From Eledone cirrhosa (Eukaryota): DNA of 64,000 nucleotides. The DNA lies in NCBI GenBank assembly GCA_964016885.1, contig OZ024741.1, positions 233,554,001 to 233,618,000 on the forward strand, in the 5' to 3' direction. Each line of letters opens with the position of its first letter. Positions within the stretch are counted from its first letter, which is position 1. Under the pieces are notes generated by a model. It was not told where the DNA came from and did no database searches. It saw only the letters and a program-made list of their open reading frames with translations. Below, one piece after another: positions 26,161 through 38,400 of the stretch. The translations under genes and the position numbers were made by a program.

Positions 26161-27749
26161 CTAAAACAAAAAAAAAAATTATTTTGAAGGTTAATTAATT
26201 CCTTAATATAATCACATTATAATAAACTTATTTAACTATTAAATGGAAACTTTTAATGTAATTAATGTAGCATAACATAAACATAGCCGTAAAACCAGTA
26301 TTGGAATACAGTTCACAAATATTTGACTGTATAGCTACTGCTAGATATGCAAACATCCTAGATTATATGTAAACTAATGCTGTTGAACTGATTGGCAAAT
26401 TTCTAGTCACCAACACACTACAACCACTAACTCTTCCACTGCTACTACAACACCTTGCACTCCTCTCAAAATTTCTAATGGTTTAGACAGTGCTTCCAGG
26501 ATTATTGGGAGGAAGGGAAAAGGTTATGCTCAGACTAGAGTCCTAGCTAGAATGCTTGCAATGGCGTAAGTGTACTCAAGACCAAATAGTGATCTTAAAT
26601 CATGTGACATTAAGTCTATCATCTAAGGCCAGAAGTGATCTCTCCATAGAGCTTCCAAAGTTCTGACCACCAAAATCCTCTGTAAAGATTTTTGTCAACC
26701 AAACCCTGTGGTAGAAGACACTTGCCTAAGCGACCATACAGTAGAATTGAGCCTAAAACTTCATAGCTGCAAATCAAATTTCTTAACCACACAATTTAAC
26801 TGCTACATACCTTTTCCACCAAAGCCTAGTTTTTCTTAACAGCGCCCATCCTGTTTACAGTATCTCACTCACATCTTTTCCATCCTAAACCTCAATCCCT
26901 TTTGAATTCCCTCCACCAACATTTTGGCTAAAGATGTTAAAGCTGAGCATCAACTGCATCAGTTTCTCCAGTTTGGTAGATCATGTAAAGATCACACACA
27001 CTGTTCTCTCTTCTCTCCACACTATCTTACCAAAAAAGATTGTTGGGAAAAATTTGAATCTACTATGAAAAGGTTTTCAAACAAAAACGTTGTGGTCAAA
27101 TATATTTAATATTTAGCATCTCTTAAGTGTTCGACTATAATAATGTTTAGTGTCACTTTTTTGTTTCAATCAAATTTACTTTTAGAATTATGGCCATGAT
27201 TATCTCCCCTTATTTGGTGTAGAATTTAATGTCAATGCAAGATTGATTGATTGATTGATTAGTTGGTTGGGTCAGTCAGTCCGTCCCTTTCGACTTTGTA
27301 ATAATTCAAAGTGATATAATATTTTGGGTAATATTTAAGAGCTTAAAAAAAATAAAAGGGCCTAAAAAATAATATGTGATTAATAAAATTTGCATCCATA
27401 TTAAAGTAAATTTTTGCTTATGTAAAAATAAATTTTGCATCTATTGCGTATTTTAAAAATAATAGTGCCCTTATTTTACACATGTTGAACTTCTTTCTCT
27501 ACATTAATAAGTCTCATTTCATTGTCAAACATGCGATTATTAAATCGTATTGTAATATTATAAGCCATCCATAAAATGAGATTATATATTATGAAAGCTC
27601 TATTTATAATTCATTATTAAAACTCCAAAAATAACATCTTCAATAACTATTTTAAAAATGTCTTTAAAAAGATGCTTGATGCATGAATATATAAATGACA
27701 GGTAGAACAAATGGATTCACCAAGAAATGTTTGTATACCATTCGTTCGT

Positions 27750-28691
27750 AAGAAGTTATGGTGAATCATTGCATTATACACCAGGAAAGCTTGTGCACAA
27801 AAGTACTTGGCTTTACTGATGTTATGAAAAATGTTATTCAATGTGTGAATTTCATTCTTACTCGGGGACTACATCATCGGCAATTTAAGGTTTTTTTAGA
27901 AGAACTTGACTCAGATTATCCTGATGTTGTGTACTTCTCTGCAGTGCGTTGGCTCAGTAGAGCTGCTTCTTTGAAAAAAATTTTGGAATCTAAGAAAGAT
28001 TAGATTATTCATGATAAATAAGCAACATGTTTTTTATTTACGTGATGATCACTGGTTAAATGACATTGCTTTCCTAACTGACATCACACATCTTTCAGAT
28101 TTAAATGTTAAACTGCAAGTTAAAAGTCAGTTTGTGAACAAGATGTTTGAACACATTTGTTCGTTTGAAAAGAAACCAACTTTTTCAGACTCAGCTGAGT
28201 CGAACAGCACTTATTCATTTTCCCAGTCTAGCTGTCAGAAAAGCAGAAACGCCAGATTTGGATTGTTCCAAATATGCTGAATGTTTTGGCAAGTTGCATG
28301 CTGAATTTATAAGCAGATTTTCTGGTTTCAGGAAATGTGAAACTGAGTTCAAGCTGTTTTCTCAGCTATTTGACATGGCACCTGAAGACAGTCTTGATTG
28401 TTTCCAAATGGGGCTGATATATTTGCAGTCTGATATGGACTTGAGAAGAGCATTTGATAACAATGATTTAGTAACTTTCTACAAAAATTATGTATGTAGT
28501 AATCATCCAAATTTGGAGCGACATACTAGGAAAATGACATCCCTTTTTGGCAGCACATATTGTGATCAGTTCTTTTCAAGAATGAAATTTACTAGAAATA
28601 GATACTGAAGTCAGCTTCGAGTTGCCAACACATCAGTCATACCAGACATTGATAAATTGTGCAAAAACACCAAATACCAAGTCTCACATTA
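27750..28691 (+). mobile_element. hAT (SPIN/Charlie, GTF2IRD2-like) transposase pseudogene, C-terminal half
   Basis: HCIIHQESLC, VRWLSR, AFLTDI, LFGSTYC, ..YQVSH stop; several frameshifts. Confidence 0.9.
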
Positions 28692-28792
28692 ATAAAACTA
28701 AATTATATTTTATTTGACTTTGTTTAAAAATTTTGCTGTTTTAAAAGCTTCCTTGCATTGAGTTTTCCCATTATTCTACAAATATATATACA

Positions 28793-30370
28793 TATAATCT
28801 GGTGGGCTCTTAGAAAACTAGGCGTTGACGAATGGCTTGTGAGGGCTATACAAGCCATGTATAAAGAAACAGTCAGCAAGGTTAGAATTAACAACGAATA
28901 TAGTGAGTTTAGCGTAAAAGTTGGCGTCCATCAGGGCTCTGTTCTCAGCCCACTACTATTTATTATTGCCCTTCAGGCTATAACAGAGGAGTTCAAGACA
29001 GGCTGCCCATGGGAACTCCTATACGCAGACGACCTGACACTCATAGCGGAATCAATGGCCGAGCTAGAGAAGAAATTCCAAACATGGAAGCACGGCCTAG
29101 AGTCAAAAGGACTTAAAATTAACCTGGCTAAGACCAAAGTACTAGTTTGTAGGAAAGAAAACAAGGCGGCGGTCCCTTCTGGGAAATGGTCGTGCTCGGT
29201 GTGTAGGAAAGGCATAGGTAGAAACTCCATTTTATGTCCTAAATGCAAAGTATGGGTGCATAAAAGATGTAGTGGGATCACAGGTAAGCTAACTAAGAAC
29301 ATAGATTTTACATGTGGCCGGTGCTCTGGTGCAATAAGTAGCAGCAAGTGCCCACAAACTACTAGCTCTTTCAATTGCGCAGAGGGTTCTATAGAAATAG
29401 TGGACAGCTTCCGTTACCTGGGCGATAAAATCAGCAGTGGGGGAGGGTGCTCTGAAAGTACTGTAGCTAGAGTCAGAACTGGTTGGAAAAAGTTCAGAGA
29501 GCTTATACCACTATTAGCTGCTAAAGGGTTCTCACTAAAAATGAAAGGCAGGTTGTACGATGCCTGCATACGAACAGCAATGCTGCATGGCAGTGAGACC
29601 TGGGCATTGTGTGCAGAGGATATACGCAGACTAGAGAGGAACGAAGCTTGCATGCTCCGCTGGATGTGTAACAGTAATATACGTGAACGGCAAAGCATAA
29701 ACGAACTAAGGAAAAAATTAGAGATAAGAGGGATCAGATGTTGTTTACTCGAGAGAAGGCTACGTTGGTATGGACACGTGATGCGCATGAAAGTCGATAG
29801 CTGTATAACAAAGTGCAGGGCAATAAAGATAGACGGTAGTCACGGAATAGGCAGACCTAGAAAAACCTGGGACGAGCTGATAAACTCCGACATCACACAC
29901 TTACACCTCTCCAAGACAATGTCACTGGACCGAGACCTTTGGCGGTACTCAGTAACAGAGAAGACCCGCCTTACCTAAATATATAGTAAAACCTACTCCA
30001 GCCAGTAGGCATCTCTAACAAAATACACCCCCACCCCCCACCCCCACCCCATCCACACCACCCCGTTCTATGTAAAGTTATGTTGGTGCCGCGCCATCGA
30101 GGCCGAAACAAATGAGATCGTGTAGGTGTCACGACAAAAAAACACACAGTCCACGCTGTAATGTGGCCGTGTAGGCAACACGGTAAAAACCTCCCAGACC
30201 CACACTGTAAATGTGGTTGGTGTTAGGAAGGGCATCCAACTGTAGAAAACCTGCCAGACAGTCCTATGCGAGCAAGACAATCACTCTTGCCTCAAGTGGG
30301 ACTACCCCCGTCCAAACCCATGCAAGCGTGGAACACGGACGTTAAACGTTGATGATGATGATGATGATGA
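28793..30370 (+). mobile_element. 5'-truncated RTE LINE, ORF intact over retained part
   Basis: 406-aa ORF 28758-29978 with QGSVLSP, YADD, PHD finger; 3' UTR and (GAT)n tail. Confidence 0.95.
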
Positions 30371-30407
30371 TATAATATGAACAAAGTGGAGATGTTATAT
30401 ATATATA

Positions 30408-31330
30408 TGATGCATGTATACAAACAGCAATGTTGCATGGTAGCGTGGCTTGGGTGCTGTGTGCAGAGGATTTGTGAAGATTGGAAAGAAATTAAGCTTG
30501 CATGCTTCAATGGATGTGTAATAGTAATATACATGAATGGCAAAGCATAAATGAACTGAGGGAGAAACTAGGCATAAGAGAGATCAGATGCAGTGTACAG
30601 GCGAGGAGATTGTGTTGGTATGGACATGTGATTCGTATGAAGGATGACAGCTGTATAAAAAGGTGCAGAGCGCTCAAAGTTGACAAAAGCTATGGAATAG
30701 GAAGACCTAGGAAGACTTGAGATAAGGTGATAAAAGCTGACCTTACACAATTGCACCTCTCAAAGGTGATGACATAGGACCAAGATCTCTGATGATACAC
30801 ATCAATATAGAAAACCCACCTTCCCATGAGTACGTTGAAGCATACATCTAGTATGCACCACCTCCCCCTCCATCCCCCTTCCATACACCTCCCATATCCT
30901 AACACTCAACCCATGCCTTAACACTGAGCCTCACACATGTCCCTAGATCTACCTCCCAAGTCCCTAGCCCACACTGTAAAGTGGTCATGATGGTGACATG
31001 ACAAAAAGAGACCAGCCCACATTGTAAAATGGTTGTGTGACACCAAAAAAAATCACCCAACCAACTTTGTAAAGTGGTTATGTAGGTGTCACAACAAAAA
31101 ACACCCAGCCCACACTTTAAAGTGGTTGTGTAGGTATCATAACAAAAAGCACCTAGTACACAGTGTAAATGTGGTTAGCGTTAGGAAGGGCATCCAGCTG
31201 TAGAAACCAAGCCCAAATCACTTCTGTATGAGAAAGACATGGTCACCTGACATGGCCTTAATCACAGCAGGACAACTCGTCTAAACCATGTTAGCATGGA
31301 AAAATGGACATTAAACAGTGATGATAATGA
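30408..31330 (+). mobile_element. Older RTE 3' fragment with 4-5 tandem ~50-bp units
   Basis: RRLCWYGHV..GRPRKT; units 30960-31175; AGGAAGGGCATCC box; tail. Confidence 0.88.
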
Positions 31331-31590
31331 TATATATATATATATATGCTTTGCACACACACATGCATATGCACGCGTACACATATAGTTCTATATACAA
31401 ATCGGTTATTTTTCTCTAAAATCATTTTTCTGGTTCCACCCCGCCCGTCTCTTCAATCTTTGTAATTTCTCATTCGTTCTTCTGAAAGACTAGCGGTCTG
31501 AAACGTGAAGACCCTCTTCCTGCTAAGTGTTAAACTAATATATTCCTTCCATATACTGTACTGATTCTGTTGTTATTTCTGTTTACTTTT

Positions 31591-31634
<44 letters not shown>

Positions 31635-31959
31635 ATTGCTTCTACCTTTGGCACAAGGCCAGCAATTACCCAGTGCATTACTGGTACTTTATATATACAT
31701 AAAAGTAACGAAGATCACTGGTATAAATTCAGCCTCCTCCGGCCAGTGTCAGTCAATGAATCTGCAATCAGCTGTTCCGAGTGCACACATTTAATTAACA
31801 GTAGATACGTTGGCTGTGTTTAGGTAGAGATACAAGTAAATATCTCATTTCCTGGACAACATCGTTTCTGTGCAATATAACTTTACAAATGCAGATATTA
31901 CGTCCGCAATGTTCAGAAAATCATGCAAAATCAGCAGATATTTAAGTGAAAATCTTCCT

Positions 31960-32300
31960 GTATTGTGAGAGTAAGCCCCTCAACTGGGATCCTACATGTT
32001 GTGACACCTTCTCTAGCAGCAACCCGGTGCATTCGGCTACCAGCCCAGGCTTCATTGCTCACCAGGGTGAAGAGAGCAAACTGTCAAAGTATTGGCTACT
32101 CTCTGATAGGTTTGTGGTTGAGCCTGTGGCAGTGGAGACTTCTGGTATTCTTAGGCCCCAGACCACATCCCTGCTATTGGGGCAGAGTTGCCTGCCTGCA
32201 GATGTGAGCCCCACAAGGGGGAGTTGCTGTTCTAGCACATCTCCCCCGCCATCCTCCACAGCAATATCTTCTCCGTCCTGCCAGGCAGGACCATGAGGTG
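31960..32300 (+). mobile_element. CRE-like restriction-like endonuclease domain fragment
   Basis: KPLNWDPTCCDTF..EESKLSKY..PVAVETSG. Confidence 0.7.
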
Positions 32301-32644
32301 GACTGACCCTTAAGTTTCATTTATGTTGGTGGCATACAGATTAGATTTACTTCCTTAAGCATCAATAGTAAGAAGTAAAAACATTTAAACACACAAATAA
32401 AGACATGACTGCTTACTTGCCGTAGAATTGTTACAAAGGATTACAAGTTTTGTATAAAGAACTTGTCATACCCTACATTACCATAAATGTACATACATTT
32501 AAAACTATATACTATCATATACACAACACAACAAAGACAAGAGCAAATAAAATCAGTTTAACCTTTTATTCATTTTATTCTCTTAACATTTTCCTTTAAG
32601 TCTGACACAATTGCCTTGATGTCTCATTTGGGACATCACAGTCA

Positions 32645-32789
32645 CAGACCTGTCAACTCTCCCCATCCGGCGGGGAGATCTCTTGTGAAAATGGATATGG
32701 CTTTTATTATGTAAAATCTTCCCATTTTGCCTCATTGGGGCACTTTTTATGATACTCCCCATCTGGGGTTTTAGAGGTTGGCAGGTCTG
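32645..32789. mobile_element. hAT-like MITE with 13-bp TIRs and CAGTCA duplication
   Basis: CAGACCTGTCAAC / GTTGGCAGGTCTG; CAGTCA at 32639-32644 and 32790-32795. Confidence 0.75.
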
Positions 32790-32924
32790 CAGTCAGTGAT
32801 TCTTGTTCCTTCCCACATCCTAGATGTTACGGTAAAAGTGAGTCACTGCTTCTGTAGCTGAAAGGAATAAAATTCTAAAATACCGGGAATTATCGGCAAA
32901 CTATTTTTTCCACCCTGTGACATT

Positions 32925-33130
32925 CGAAACGTTTGCGGGAGCTGGCCTGCTGACAACGAAGTTCTCATCATCGTTGGCAGCTCGTGAGGGTGTTTGGTTG
33001 TTCCAGCACCTTAGCTTCGCTATCACTCGGCCATACCGAGGTATCTGGTGATGTCCGTGAGGGTGCTTGGTTATTCCAGCGCCTTAGCCTCGCCATCATG
33101 CTGTGAACTTGTTGACGTAGATTGCTGTTA
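32925..33130 (+). mobile_element. CRE-like C-terminal fragment with internal duplication
   Basis: FETFAGAG..REGVWLFQHLSFAI then REGAWLFQRLSLAI. Confidence 0.6.
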
Positions 33131-33349
33131 AAAGTATTAGAAGGAGGTCTGGGTGCCCCTTGTGGTGAGTGACCAACTGACATATTACTTAGCGTTGAAT
33201 TAATATTTTCTTTAGTTTTGATTTCATATTTGTACGTGAAATATTTTTGTAATTAAGTATTGTATATTTCTATTCTGTAAGACTTATAAACAATTTGTAA
33301 TGTTCATCATCATCATCATCGTTTAACGTCTATCTTCCACGCTAGCATT

Positions 33350-34228
33350 TGTGAATAAACATTATACATCTATCTATAAAGTGCGACGATGCGCTCGGAG
33401 AAACTCTAGGCGTAGAGGAAGACGAACTGGCCAGTCTGCGGTAGGACCTTCCACCCGGGACCGATGGACAACTTCCAAAAGTCCCTGGCCTGGCAGTGCT
33501 ACCGAGGAGCTCTACCAGTTCGAGACAAGCTCGACAGACATGGGCGCCCGGGCAGGGACCCTTCAAAAAAGATCTGCCCAAGATGCGTGCGAGACGAAAA
33601 AACCGTCGCGCACACATTCATACACTGCCCGGGCGTTACCGACCTGTGGGGCTATGTAGAACGACTATTGTCACGGATGGGACCAATCCGGTTGACCACC
33701 AAATCCATTGCCATGATCAAACCGCTACCCTCCTTCAAAAACGAAGGAGAGGGGGTTTTCCTTTGTGTGATAGCTATGGCAAAAGAGGTTGTATGGTGGA
33801 CGAGGTTAAAAGGGCTGAGGTCAGACACCTTTCTCTCCGGCCAACAACTGATTCTTTTTTTCAAATACCACTTTGGAAGACGAATCAGAATGGAGAGAGA
33901 GGTGCTGTACCCCAACAAGTTTTATGAAAGGTGGGTGAAAGTGGCGAGAATGGTCCGAGTGAATGGGCCTTCTCTCTATATCAGCCTGTAGGCTGAGGAA
34001 AAAGAGGAAGAGAGGAAAGGGGTACAAACTCTTCGTACTCCTGGAGATGAGGGTTGCACATTTTTTCGGGGGTATGTGTTACCCATATGAAATGTCTCCC
34101 CCTATTGGGGAAAATCGATTAATTTTTAAATTGCATTTGTGATAGTATTTTACACGTTTTTATTGTATGTAAGCTTCCCCCTTTGTATTTGTCCCCTTCT
34201 TTTGTGCCCCTGTGGCTAATAAAGAAAC
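33350..34228 (+). mobile_element. L1/Tx1-clade LINE 3' fragment (zf-RVT region plus 3' UTR)
   Basis: ORF 33464-33991 W..ALPVR..CPRC..TVAHTFIHC; ends CTAATAAAGAAA. Confidence 0.85.
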
Positions 34229-34572
34229 ATATCTATATACTACTAAAACTCTGATCTTGCGTGCTTGCTTGTCAGTTATGTAATACAGCCAAAAGGGTGA
34301 ATAATGGGTAAATACTTTGAAAGCAAGTTGCCTCTGAAATGGGAATACAAATTGAATCAAACAAGTTTCACGAAAATACCCACAACGGTGCATACTGGGA
34401 AAATACATCGAAATTAACATAACCCTGCAAAACTTTGTAAATAGCCAAAACATTGCATAATGAGAAAGTACTCTGAATAAAACAAGTTTGGCATAAATCG
34501 TACATGGACAATATTTTCAATTTTCCAAAATTAGCAAGGAATTCATCTAAATTCAATTTATCTTATTTTATA

Positions 34573-35168
34573 ATGAATATCGAAAGAAATAATCCGTTTG
34601 TTTTTTGGTTGTCCATTCTGGAGGTAAGAGAGACAGAGAGAAAGAAAGAGAGTGAGGGTGAGAGAGAGAAAGAGAGAGAGTGGAGGGATGAGAGAGAGAG
34701 GGGATGACAGATAGGAAAAGAGACAGCATCCTTAACTTTTATTTATTTTAACTCTCCCCCTATCCATAACGTTATTTCTTTCTCTCTTTTTCAGTTATAC
34801 TGCCACCGTGTGTAAGTGCATGTGTTTATGTACTTAGAGACGTGTGTGTGTGTGTAACAGTACTTAAGTTGGCACTACAACGCTATTAGCTGTCAGTCGA
34901 AAGCAGCCGATGCAAGCAAAACATCGTTTATTTCCGTATTACTACCACGCGTAAGTGGAGTTACTTGGTGGTAGTAATACGGAAATAAACGATGACGAAT
35001 GACGTCACCTTCGCCTGCTTTCACGACTGACAGCTATATATCACGTGAACACAATCACATTATTCTTTCAAAAGGAAAAGTTTGGCGCCATTTTTCTCCA
35101 AGGAATAGCGCAAATGTCAACAAACGCAGGAGAAAAGAAGAAACAATAAAACAAAAGATAAGAAAATG
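34573..35168 (+). other. Candidate small spliced exons (..34623; 34795-34811; 35103-35168)
   Basis: Donor GAG|GTAAGA; long pyrimidine tract + CAG acceptor at 34794; donor GT|GTAAGT; acceptor TTTTTCTCCAAG; donor ATG|GTAAAT. Confidence 0.35.
34871..35036. mobile_element. Palindromic MITE (GGCACTACAACGCTATTAGC family)
   Basis: TAGCTGTCAGTCG/CGACTGACAGCTA and CATCGTTTATTTCCGTATTACTACCAC mirrored; homologous to 63765-64000. Confidence 0.75.
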
Positions 35169-35474
35169 GTAAATAATATCAAATAATTATTAAAAACGTT
35201 ACAGGAGTCGCATTACACGAATAATTAAGTTTCATACATACATATATATATGTGTGTATGTATGTATATATGTTATTCTACTGTAAATTTATTTATATGC
35301 TTTGTATATATTATATATACACAAATAATGAATCTGTATATTAAAACATCGTTTGTATTATTCAATCAGTTTATTGAACAACTAGAATGCTCATCGTCAA
35401 GTACTTTATACATATATATATATATGGAGGGGGAAAAAGAGGGCCCTTTATACATATATATATATATATAGAGA

Positions 35475-38400
35475 GAGGGGTAGAGAGGACCCTTGAGTCT
35501 AGTAAGACATCCTCTCTAGTGCTGGTGGCACAAATAAAAGCACCCAGTCCATGCTGTAAAGTGGCGCTAGTGTTAGGAAGGGCATCCAACCAGTGTATCA
35601 ATGCCAAAAAGCTTATCAGCACAGCAACAAAACAGCATAGAAAAATATGAAGACGTCGCATCTCAGAGTTGCAACACTTAATGTTGGCACTCTCAGAGGT
35701 AGATCTGCTGAAATAGCGGAGATGCTGGAGAGAAGGTAGGTGGATGTGTGCTGCGTGCAAGGGGTGAGATGGAGAGGTGCCTCTGCGAGACTAGTCGTAG
35801 GCAAGCGTCTTAGCTATAAGCTATTCTGGGTAGGTAAGGATAATGGGTTAGGGGGAGTAGGCATTTTCCTGGCTGAGAAATGGATCAATAAGACAATAGA
35901 GGTAGTTCGAGTTAGTAATCGAATAATTAAGCTTAGATTAGTTGTAGGCAGGAGACTACTGACAATCATCTCGGTCTATGCTCCCCAAGCAGGCCTAGGC
36001 AAAGATGAGAAAGACTGCTTTTATGAGCAACTTTTGCAAACAACCACAATGACAGAGGACGGAGACATCGTTATGCTAGCAGGAGACTTCAATGGTCATG
36101 TTGGACAGCTCCAGGATGGTTACACTGGGGTACATGGTGGGCACGGTTACGGTTCAAGAAATGAAGAAGGAGTGAGACTTCTTGAATTTTGTGATGCAAG
36201 TACATTGACTATTTGCAACACAAACTTCCAGAAACCTGCCAATCACCTAATAACCTACAAATCAGGCAAGCACATAAGCCAGATTGACTTCCTGCTAGTT
36301 AGGCAGCGGGACAGGCAGATAGTGTCTAATACCAAGGCATACCCTGGGGAAGAATGTACCCCACAGCATAGGTTAGTTGTTAGTGATATCTCAGTAAGCA
36401 AGAGATGGAATGAGACATATAGGAAGGTGTGGAGAAGAAAGGTCTGGAAGCTAAAAGACCTTTCACTAAAATTCAAATTTAGGAAAGCCCTTCAAGATGT
36501 ATATGACGAAAAAGAAGACGATTTAGAGACGTATGACATAGATAATAACTGGAAGTTCTTACGTGACAACTTGCTGCAGGCTACTGATGAAACCTGTGGC
36601 TGGAGCAGAGCTCCAACCAGACAGAGAGTGACCTGGTGGTGGAACAGCACAGTAGATAAGGCTATTAGAGACAAAAGACTAGCATGGAAGGCTTGGAAAA
36701 AGGGTGGGAGTAGGGAAGAATATACAGCCACTAAGAGAGAAGCTAGACGTCAGGTGTACTTAGCACGCAGGGAGGCAGAGAGTAGGAGGTTTGCCAATGT
36801 TCTGCGACGGGAAGATCAGAGGCGTGCGGTGTTCCACATTGCAAGGCAGTGTGTCAATGCAAATCAGGATGTTGTTGGAGATAAATGTGTCCGGGATGAT
36901 GCCAGTGTACTTAGTGTCACGAATGACCAGAAAAAGGAGGCCTGGAAATGTCATTATGAGAGACTGATGAATGTGGAGAATGAATGGGAGAGAGAGAAAT
37001 TACCCTTGGTAGATCCGACAGAGGGACCAGCTATTGAGATTGACGAATATAGGGTCCAAGAGGCGATTAGGGAAATGAAAAATGGTAAGGCAGCCGGACC
37101 ATCGGGAATAGTTGCTGAGATGCTGAAGGCATCAGGGGACGTAGGCACTAAACTGGTTGCACGCATCATCAATCAGGCTATATATGGTGGTGTCATACCC
37201 AAAGACTGGTGCAGCAGTATTCTCATAAATTGCTACAAAGGTAAAGGGGATGCTTTGGAGAGGAGCAATTATAGGGGTATAAAACTGATAGATCAGGTTA
37301 TGAAAGTGGCAGAAAGGATTTTAGCACAACTAATTAGAGAAAGGGTCAAACTAGATGAGATGCAGTTTGGTTTTGTGCCTGGGAAGAGTACAACAGATGC
37401 CCTCTTCTTGGTGAGACAAATGCAAGAGAGGTTCTTAGAGAAGAATAAGCCACTATACTTAGCCTTTGTTGACCTAGAGAAGGCCTTTGATAGGGTACCC
37501 CAATCTGTCATCTGGTGGTCCCTAAGGAAGCTAGGTGTTGAGGAATGGCTTGTGAGGACAGTGCAAACTTTGTACAGAGGTACTCTCAGTAAAGTCAGGG
37601 TAGGAATGGAGTTTAGTGAGGAATTCCAGATACAAGTAGGAGTACATCAGGGTTCGGTCCTCAGCCCGCTCTTGTTCATTATAGTCCTCCAAGCCATAAC
37701 AGAGGAGTTTAAGACTGGCTGTCCATGGGAACTTCTCTATGCTGACGATCTGGCTCTTATAGCAGAATCAGTAGAGGAGCTAGAGAATAAATTCCGGCTA
37801 TGGAAACAGCAGTTGGAAGCAAGAGGACTGAGAGTAAATCTAGCTAAGACAAAAGTGTTGATGAGTAGAAAAGAGGACAAAACCCTGATTCCGTCAGGGA
37901 AATGGCCATGTTCGATATGCAGAAAAGGAACTGGCATAAATTCTATAAAATGCAGACAATGCAGGTGCTGGGTACACAAGAGATGTAGCGGGATAGCAGG
38001 CAAACTAACAGGTAGGGAGAAATATGTATGCAGTAGATGTACAGGGAAATTAGACAGTAGAAGTCGCACTGATAGACACATTTTTCAAATGCGAGATGGC
38101 GCTATAGAAGTGGTGGATAGCTTCCGGTACCTAGGAGATCAGATTAGCATGGGAGGAGGGTGTTCCGAGGCCATAGTATCTAGAATAAGGACGGGTTGGA
38201 AGAAATTTAGGGAGCTGCTTCCTCTGTTGACGAAGAAGGGTTTCTCCCTGCGTACGAAAGGCCGGTTGTATGATGCCTGTGTGAGGAGCGCGATGCTGCA
38301 TGGTAGTGAGACATGGGCAGCAACCGCAGAGGATATGCGACGGCTGGAGAGAAATGAGGCAAGCATGCTCATTGGATGTGCGTGAACGACCCAGCATAAA

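Noticed and set aside
27758-28608. Host GTF2IRD2/ZBED gene
   Set aside because: Multiple frameshifts and missing N-terminus indicate a transposase relic
31478-31511. Hammerhead-like TCTT-CTGAAAGAC..GTCT-GAAACGTG-AAGA
   Set aside because: Core shortened and no NUH site; at best a dead Penelope-derived relic
31700-31930. Copia RNase H-like EQLIADSLT on the minus strand
   Set aside because: Single short motif with stops nearby; insufficient support
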